Source of the DNA: a virus
Lineage: Duplodnaviria; Heunggongvirae; Uroviricota; Caudoviricetes
DNA: 64,000 nucleotides
Virus record (IMG/VR): IMGVR_UViG_3300012346_000380
Span: 192,445 to 256,444 of that record
Reading direction: 5' to 3' (one strand)
Below are positions 58,288 through 64,000 of this stretch, one piece after another. Below the pieces are notes generated by a model, which had not been told where the DNA came from, made no database searches, and worked only from the letters and a program-made list of their open reading frames with translations. Numbering within the stretch: the first letter of the stretch is position 1; every line of letters begins with the position of its first letter. The translations under genes were made by a program, and so were the position numbers.

Positions 58288-58889
58288 TATATCGCTTCTA
58301 CTATTTTAAATACTCCATTAATTATTGAACCAATTGTATATGGATGCGTGATTCCTGCAGGTGTAATAATAATATCACCTCTGTTTAATTGATGGCTAAT
58401 GCCTTGTATAGGAAATGAAACTGTTGAAACATGTTCAGCTTTATTACTTAAACCAATCAATATCATAAACTTATTGATGTGTCCATTTACTTTGATGTAA
58501 TTGTAATTGTTTGCGGAATTAACTCGAGCCAACTGTATACTTTGACCCCATGAAAATTCTAATTTGTTATACTCTCTCAAGTTACTTTTATATTCTTTAT
58601 CTTTGGCACTATAATCCACAGGCGACATAAAATGACCATTGACATATAAATCTAAGTCTGGTCTAGTATGATGTTTTAACTCTAAAAAATATTGAAAGAA
58701 AGGTTCTTGAATTTTAGCTTGAACATACTTATTAAGTTTTTCAATGCTATCTTTAGAAATTTCTTTGTAATATTGATCGTCGTTTATTTGAGCTGCTTCA
58801 AAATATTTGTCTAAATCTTTTAAAAGATTAGACATCTCTGACTTGCCGTCGTTTTTAAATAATAAAATGTCTGAGTGTAATAATTCCAT
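58287..58889 (-). CDS. 2OG-Fe(II) oxygenase-like (DSBH) protein, divergent
   Basis: RGDIIITPAGITHPY. Confidence 0.45.
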   Translation of the reverse strand: MELLHSDILLFKNDGKSEMSNLLKDLDKYFEAAQINDDQYYKEISKDSIEKLNKYVQAKIQEPFFQYFLELKHHTRPDLDLYVNGHFMSPVDYSAKDKEYKSNLREYNKLEFSWGQSIQLARVNSANNYNYIKVNGHINKFMILIGLSNKAEHVSTVSFPIQGISHQLNRGDIIITPAGITHPYTIGSIINGVFKIVEAI

Positions 58890-58891
58890 AG

Positions 58892-59014
58892 TTAAAAATT
58901 CTTATAATTAAATGGGTCTTGTTTTTTATAACGTTCTAAAGAAGCTTTAAATGCTTTCTTTTTTCTTCTTTCGGCCAATTTTACTTGAATCCAGGTTATT
59001 AATTTCTTAATCAT
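58892..59014 (-). CDS. Small basic protein (40 aa)
   Basis: Manual translation MIKKLITWIQVKLAERRKKK...DPFNYKNF*. Confidence 0.45.
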   Translation of the reverse strand: MIKKLITWIQVKLAERRKKKAFKASLERYKKQDPFNYKNF

Positions 59015-60678
59015 AGTTTTGTTATATAATAGTTATTAATTACTAAAACATCCATTTCACAATCTAAAAATCTTTCAATTGCGTCATGCGGTGTTGCAGT
59101 TATAGTTTGATCTTTAAAATTAAATGAAGTGTTCAAAGATATTGGAAATCCTGAAACATCACCTAGTTTTTTAAGTAACTTATAGTATTTATCGTTTTGA
59201 TTTTTGTTAACTGTTTGTACTCTAGCTGAACCGTCAGCATGTGTAATTGAAGGTAAATTCCAAGCCTTATTAACTTGCATCACTTGATTCATATAAGGCA
59301 CCGTGTCTATAATGTCAAAAAATGTTTTAGCATCTTCTTCTGTACACGATGGCGCAAACGGTCTGAAACCTTCTCTCTTTTTTATAACTCTATTTAGTTT
59401 TGATTTCATTTCTGGGTCCAATGGGCTTGCAAGAATTGATCTATTTCCAAGAGCTCTAGCTCCAAATTCCATTCTACCTTGACACCAGCCTATTACTTTA
59501 TTTTCGTTAATATCATTGGCTGTTTTTTCTATCAACTCTTTTTCTGTTAATTCTTTTACATCAATTTCAAATTTAAAATATGTAAAAGCTCTGTCGATAT
59601 CACCGAGCTCAAATTCAGAACCTAAATACGGTGAAGTGTTGTCTTCGGCTTTTCCAGAATAAGAGGCCAGACATGCACCAATAGCTGAACCTGAATCAGA
59701 TGGAGCAAAAGGTACCCAAATATGTTCGAATAATCTATAAGCTTTGTTATTAGCAACTCCATTATAAGCACAACCGCCACTAAGACATAAATTATTACTA
59801 CCACTGGCTTCTTTAGCGAATTCTAAGATATGTATAAAAATACGTTCATAAACCATTTGAACTGAAGCAGCTAAGTCTTTATGACATTGTTCCATCGGAG
59901 CATCTTTAGTTCTCGGAGCCATGTTTAAATACTCACAAAGAGCATCTTTAAACATGATTTTATCAGAGTATTCCCATGTGAATAAATCTTGACTAATTTT
60001 AAATCTACCTTCTGGTAAAAGTGTAAATAACGCAAATAACTCTGGATAATAAACTTCTGGATTTCCATAAGGCGCTAAACCCATTACTTTGTATTCGCCT
60101 TCATTTGGTTTAAAACCTAAAAATGATGTGAATGTAGAGTAAAACATACCTAACGAATGTGGAAAAACCGTCTCTGAAATTTTAGTTAACTTGTCATCTT
60201 TAACTTGTGAAATTGTCATTGTGTCCCATTCACCAACACCATCTATAGAAACGATTGCGCAGTCATTAAACGGTGAAGTTTTATAAGCAAACATAACATG
60301 CGAAATGTGATGATCCACTAAAGTTACTTTGCCTTCATATTTTAAATAAGACTTTAATAATGCATTAACATCACCTTCTATTTTATGTCTTTTTAAAAAT
60401 TTAAGTCTATTGAAAAAAGATTTAATAGGATGTCTATCGAAGATTGCGAGTACTCTTTGTTTTTTAAGATCTGGGTTTTCATACCAACAAACTTCATCAA
60501 TATCTTCGATGCTTAGTTTTAAATAGTCAAACAACCATGCTATAGATTTTTCAGGAAAACTAAAGTCATGCTTTATTCCTGTAAATCTTTCTTCTTCAAT
60601 TGCTGCTAAAACCTTTCCGTCTTTTACAATACATGCAGCTGAATCATGATAAAATGCTGAAATACCTAACTGTATCAT
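59011..60678 (-). CDS. Carbamoyltransferase (NodU/CmcH/TobZ family)
   Basis: YHDSAA, EEERF, HHISH, DGVGE, GEYKVMGLAPYG, EFGARALGNRS, LNTSFN. Confidence 0.93.
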   Translation of the reverse strand: MIQLGISAFYHDSAACIVKDGKVLAAIEEERFTGIKHDFSFPEKSIAWLFDYLKLSIEDIDEVCWYENPDLKKQRVLAIFDRHPIKSFFNRLKFLKRHKIEGDVNALLKSYLKYEGKVTLVDHHISHVMFAYKTSPFNDCAIVSIDGVGEWDTMTISQVKDDKLTKISETVFPHSLGMFYSTFTSFLGFKPNEGEYKVMGLAPYGNPEVYYPELFALFTLLPEGRFKISQDLFTWEYSDKIMFKDALCEYLNMAPRTKDAPMEQCHKDLAASVQMVYERIFIHILEFAKEASGSNNLCLSGGCAYNGVANNKAYRLFEHIWVPFAPSDSGSAIGACLASYSGKAEDNTSPYLGSEFELGDIDRAFTYFKFEIDVKELTEKELIEKTANDINENKVIGWCQGRMEFGARALGNRSILASPLDPEMKSKLNRVIKKREGFRPFAPSCTEEDAKTFFDIIDTVPYMNQVMQVNKAWNLPSITHADGSARVQTVNKNQNDKYYKLLKKLGDVSGFPISLNTSFNFKDQTITATPHDAIERFLDCEMDVLVINNYYITKL

Positions 60679-61493
60679 AAATCGTAATGTTTTTTTATTT
60701 GATTGTAATATACTTGTGCTAAAACTTTATTACCTTCTAAAGTTGCATGAAAATCATCGCTTTCTCCATTAGTTAACTGTTTTATTTGTAAGTTATTAAT
60801 TATTAAAAAATCATGAATGTGATTGATTTCTTTATCGCCAGAATTTAATGTTAATCTATTTTCTAAAATTAAACTATCTTCATTTAATTTAGGATCGCAC
60901 ATCGGTTCACCGAAAATTTTAAATTCTATTTCTTTATGCTTTAATTTACATAAGAAATTAAAAAATCTATTGTTAAGATCTTCTACCATTTTCATAGGTT
61001 CACCGAAAGTGTCTAACCATGATTCTATAAGAGGTTCTTTGCTTATTATTTTTTGAGCAGCTTCGTGAGAATCCTCCCAATATTTTCCACTATGAGCAGA
61101 TGCACAAAACTTTTCTTTTCTAATAGCGTAATCCCAATTGCAAACAATATATTTGTCTAACTCAACATCCCATAATTCAATTCGACCATATCCAGAATTT
61201 TCTAATAAGAATAATGTGTCTTTGACTTTATCTGGATTTTTATCGATCCATTCATCAGTTGTTCTTATTAGGTATTCTGTACCAGCCCCTGGCAAAGCTA
61301 AATTATAAATCTTAATGTCTTTATCGATTAATTTTTTAAGATATGCAGGCCAAGCGCAGTCTTCCATTTTTTCTGGAATAGGCTCATCCATGTATTTCTC
61401 TAAAATAGTTCTAGTGGTAATATTACCATCTTCAAATCCTCCACCTGCTGTAAAAGACGTACCGCAGACAAAAATGTATTTAAATGTTCTCAT
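60675..61493 (-). CDS. SGNH-hydrolase-like protein
   Basis: CGTSFTAGGG...DFHATLEGN. Confidence 0.6.
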   Translation of the reverse strand: MRTFKYIFVCGTSFTAGGGFEDGNITTRTILEKYMDEPIPEKMEDCAWPAYLKKLIDKDIKIYNLALPGAGTEYLIRTTDEWIDKNPDKVKDTLFLLENSGYGRIELWDVELDKYIVCNWDYAIRKEKFCASAHSGKYWEDSHEAAQKIISKEPLIESWLDTFGEPMKMVEDLNNRFFNFLCKLKHKEIEFKIFGEPMCDPKLNEDSLILENRLTLNSGDKEINHIHDFLIINNLQIKQLTNGESDDFHATLEGNKVLAQVYYNQIKKHYDL

Positions 61494-61505
61494 TGATTTA
61501 TATAT

Positions 61506-62072
61506 TTACACAAGTTTTTCATAGCCATCGGGCGCTATATTGGATTTAAATCTTTCTGTTTGGATAAAAATGGCTTGCTTCTCTTTTTTTACTCTAAAAC
61601 TATCATCTAGCTTAGAAAGCTCCCAATCATAAGCTTGTGTAATTTCAACTTGACTTAATCTATGTAGTAATTTATTAGCTCCATCGATTGAAATAAAATA
61701 AGCAAAGCATGAAACCTTTTTTGCTGTTAAATTCCATATATCAAACTCTGTAAAATCTATATCGTTCCAATCTATTTCTCTTACAATATCAACATCATCT
61801 TCTATAATTAATAGATTCGTATTGTTTTTAACTGCATATAGAGCCAGTAACATGTGACTTACAAATGTGGCCATGGCAGCTTCACCATTTATATTCCATT
61901 TATGAAAGTCTGTACATCTAAAAAAATGTTTATGTGATGGTTCTAGTTTATCAGGTGTAAATGCATCAAAGAATTCAAAATCTAAACCAATTTTAGATTT
62001 TATAGAATTCATCCATTCTCTTCTATCTGTGTCTTTTTGAAGAGACAACACTAAAGTTTTAAAGTTGTTCAT
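61506..62072 (-). CDS. GT25 glycosyltransferase
   Basis: SLQKDTDRR, FFDA, SH, IIEDD, AYFIS. Confidence 0.8.
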   Translation of the reverse strand: MNNFKTLVLSLQKDTDRREWMNSIKSKIGLDFEFFDAFTPDKLEPSHKHFFRCTDFHKWNINGEAAMATFVSHMLLALYAVKNNTNLLIIEDDVDIVREIDWNDIDFTEFDIWNLTAKKVSCFAYFISIDGANKLLHRLSQVEITQAYDWELSKLDDSFRVKKEKQAIFIQTERFKSNIAPDGYEKLV

Positions 62073-62878
62073 AATAAATAATTCGACTTTAGCTGTTGAT
62101 AAAACTGATTAGCGATTTCTTTGTTACCTGACAATGACGCATGAAAATCTGGATATTCATCTTTAGTCGCATGCTTTATTTGTAGTTTTTCTTTTTCTAA
62201 AAAATCTAAAATACCTTCAGTTTCTTTTTTACGAGAATCGTATAGTCTTAATCTATTTGTAGATATTAAAGTATCTTTGTTTAGTTCTGGATCCCAGAAT
62301 GCATCACCAAATATTTTAAAATCTATATTTTTATATTGTAATTTACATAAAAAATCAAAGAAATTTGATTGTATTTTCTCAACAAAATAAGAAGGTTCAA
62401 TATATCTGTTAAAAAACGATCCAACTAATTCTTCGCCTGACATCATTTTTTCTGTGTTGGCTTTAGGTTCTCTGTCATAAATACCAGAATGGATTGAAAT
62501 CACGGATTTACGGTCATTGAACCCATAATTGCAAACAATATATTTTTCAACTTCATTATCCCATAATTCCATTCTGCCATAACCTGAAATCTCTAGTAAA
62601 AATAAAGTATCTTTAACTTTGTTTCTATTATTAGAAATCCACTCATTTATAATTCTTGATTGATATTCTAGACTTGAACCAGAAAGAGCTAAGTTATAAA
62701 CTTTAATTGCAGGATCAATTAGCTTTTGAAAAAATGCAGGCCATGCACATTCTTCTATTGTTTTTGGAATAGGACCTTCATGTCTTTCTAAGACTTCAAT
62801 CATTGGACTAAGTTCAGAATAACCTCCACCGTGAGTAAATGATGTACCGCAAACAACGATATATTTAATCTTTTTCAA
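62069..62878 (-). CDS. SGNH-hydrolase-like protein, paralogue of 60675-61493
   Basis: CGTSFTHGGG...SGYGRMELWD...DFHASLSGN. Confidence 0.6.
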   Translation of the reverse strand: MKKIKYIVVCGTSFTHGGGYSELSPMIEVLERHEGPIPKTIEECAWPAFFQKLIDPAIKVYNLALSGSSLEYQSRIINEWISNNRNKVKDTLFLLEISGYGRMELWDNEVEKYIVCNYGFNDRKSVISIHSGIYDREPKANTEKMMSGEELVGSFFNRYIEPSYFVEKIQSNFFDFLCKLQYKNIDFKIFGDAFWDPELNKDTLISTNRLRLYDSRKKETEGILDFLEKEKLQIKHATKDEYPDFHASLSGNKEIANQFYQQLKSNYLL

Positions 62879-63089
62879 TTTTTAAATATGCTTCTTTTAA
62901 AAGTTTACTAAAATGAATACCAAAGATACCAACATTTGTCATAATAATCGGCACGCTATCTAACCAAGCTCCGTAAACTATCCAAACTAAGCATCCTAGT
63001 GCATTTACCAATCTTAGCGTTTTAAGATCTTTCATCATGAATGAAAGTCCTGTAATAAATGTTGCTGTGTAACCTAATATTTCTAACAT
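62865..63089 (-). CDS. Small inner-membrane protein (YgjV-like)
   Basis: Three TM helices; LRLVNALG...YG. Confidence 0.6.
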   Translation of the reverse strand: MLEILGYTATFITGLSFMMKDLKTLRLVNALGCLVWIVYGAWLDSVPIIMTNVGIFGIHFSKLLKEAYLKIEKD

Positions 63090-63091
63090 GT

Positions 63092-63430
63092 TTAATCTCT
63101 TAAATAATCATCTTCTAATCTAATAATGTCGTCTTCTCCAAAATAAGTTCCAGTTTGAACTTCAATAAATGTAACTGGATCATTAGTTTCATTCCATGCT
63201 CTATGATGTGCATTCAATGGAATATGAATTGATTCGCTAACTGATCTCGTATGTTTATAATTATCTAAAACAATAGTTAGAGTACCTTCTACAACGGTCC
63301 AATGCTCTTGTCTCATGTTATGATATTGATATGATAATCTTTGTTTAGGATTAACTACAATTCTTTTAACTTTTACGTTTTTTGCGTCTAAAAGAACTTC
63401 GTAAGTTCCCCATGGTCTAGTTTCTATCAT
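63092..63430 (-). CDS. Cupin, mannose-6-phosphate isomerase type II C-terminal domain
   Basis: RPWGTY, LSYQYH, EHW, EVQTGTYFGEDDIIRLEDDY. Confidence 0.9.
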   Translation of the reverse strand: MIETRPWGTYEVLLDAKNVKVKRIVVNPKQRLSYQYHNMRQEHWTVVEGTLTIVLDNYKHTRSVSESIHIPLNAHHRAWNETNDPVTFIEVQTGTYFGEDDIIRLEDDYLRD

Positions 63431-63431
63431 A

Positions 63432-64000
63432 TTAATTACTTAATGGAAATTTAATAGTTGGATGTGCTTCATAATTTTCAAGAATAAAATCAAAAGGTTC
63501 TAATCTACTTATAAACATATCTAAATTAATTCTATTAATATTAATGTACTTTTTAATATCTGTGTTAATTACATCTGAAAATTTTAATGTAGGTAAATCA
63601 AAACTGTCTCGAAGTATTTGTTCTTTAGCACCTTCAATATGATTTGAATAAAGGTGAACATCTCCTAAATTACCAATTAATTGATCTGGAACCATATTAA
63701 CCATTTTACCTAAAAGTTCTAATAATATTGCATAAGAAGCAATATTGAATGGTAACCCAAGCGCAGTATCTACCGAACGTTGATTCCACATTAGAGAGAT
63801 TGCTCTAGTTGGAGTATTTGTAGGTTCTCCATGTTCATTAAAATATTTTTGATTATTTAATAATTCTAGTCTCTCATCAACACTCAACTCTCTTGTATAA
63901 ACTTGAAATCCATAATGGCAAGGTGGAAGAACCATTTGGTCTAACTCTCCAACATTCCAAGCATTGACCATTAATCGTCTTGAGTCTGGATTTGTTTTAA
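63432..64000 (-). CDS. thyA: Thymidylate synthase, C-terminal part
   Basis: NPDSRRLMVNAWN, LPPCH, QRSVD, GLPFNIASY, GDVHLYSNH. Confidence 0.95.
   Translation of the reverse strand, partial: KTNPDSRRLMVNAWNVGELDQMVLPPCHYGFQVYTRELSVDERLELLNNQKYFNEHGEPTNTPTRAISLMWNQRSVDTALGLPFNIASYAILLELLGKMVNMVPDQLIGNLGDVHLYSNHIEGAKEQILRDSFDLPTLKFSDVINTDIKKYININRINLDMFISRLEPFDFILENYEAHPTIKFPLSN

Noticed and set aside
63810-63900. Intron or intein in thyA
   Set aside because: Short in-frame insertion (RELSVDER...TPTR) without intein or group I intron hallmarks

Overview
AT-rich (visually about 30% GC), gene-dense fragment of a large T4-like or jumbo phage genome, with nearly all genes on the - strand and standard code 11. 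The host is probably Bacteroidota, judged from a Bacteroidota-type lipoprotein with D-S/T glycosylation sequons, an Hc1-like histone, no Shine-Dalgarno motifs and a TAnnTTT(G/A)-like promoter. Left to right: a DinG-like helicase (partial); an array of 14 unrelated small proteins sharing the N-terminal leader MK(H/K)xKLF(E)xF(I/V/L)xE, which resembles the T4 capsid-targeting sequence (cargo includes a 2H phosphodiesterase, a zeta-like kinase and a GNAT); a glycosylation cluster (epimerase, GT4+AAH/TibC-like, GT9-like); an exonuclease; and an ncRNA island with two circularly permuted tRNA-like RNAs inside a repeated stem-CAGCAA scaffold. Next come DNA ligase, NAMPT-like and PRS-like genes, Thg1, Pth2-like, macro and SpoT-like HD genes among many small early ORFs; lysis genes; a Hint-domain protein and a G-X-S/T repeat tail fibre; and an M42 peptidase. 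A large tRNA region follows (24 canonical tRNAs in the window overall, plus about 10 aberrant tRNA-like RNAs and two GIY-YIG endonucleases), then a carbamoyltransferase/SGNH/GT cluster and thyA (partial). Three recurrent promoter-like motifs are visible. All calls come from motif recognition by eye; no database search was run.
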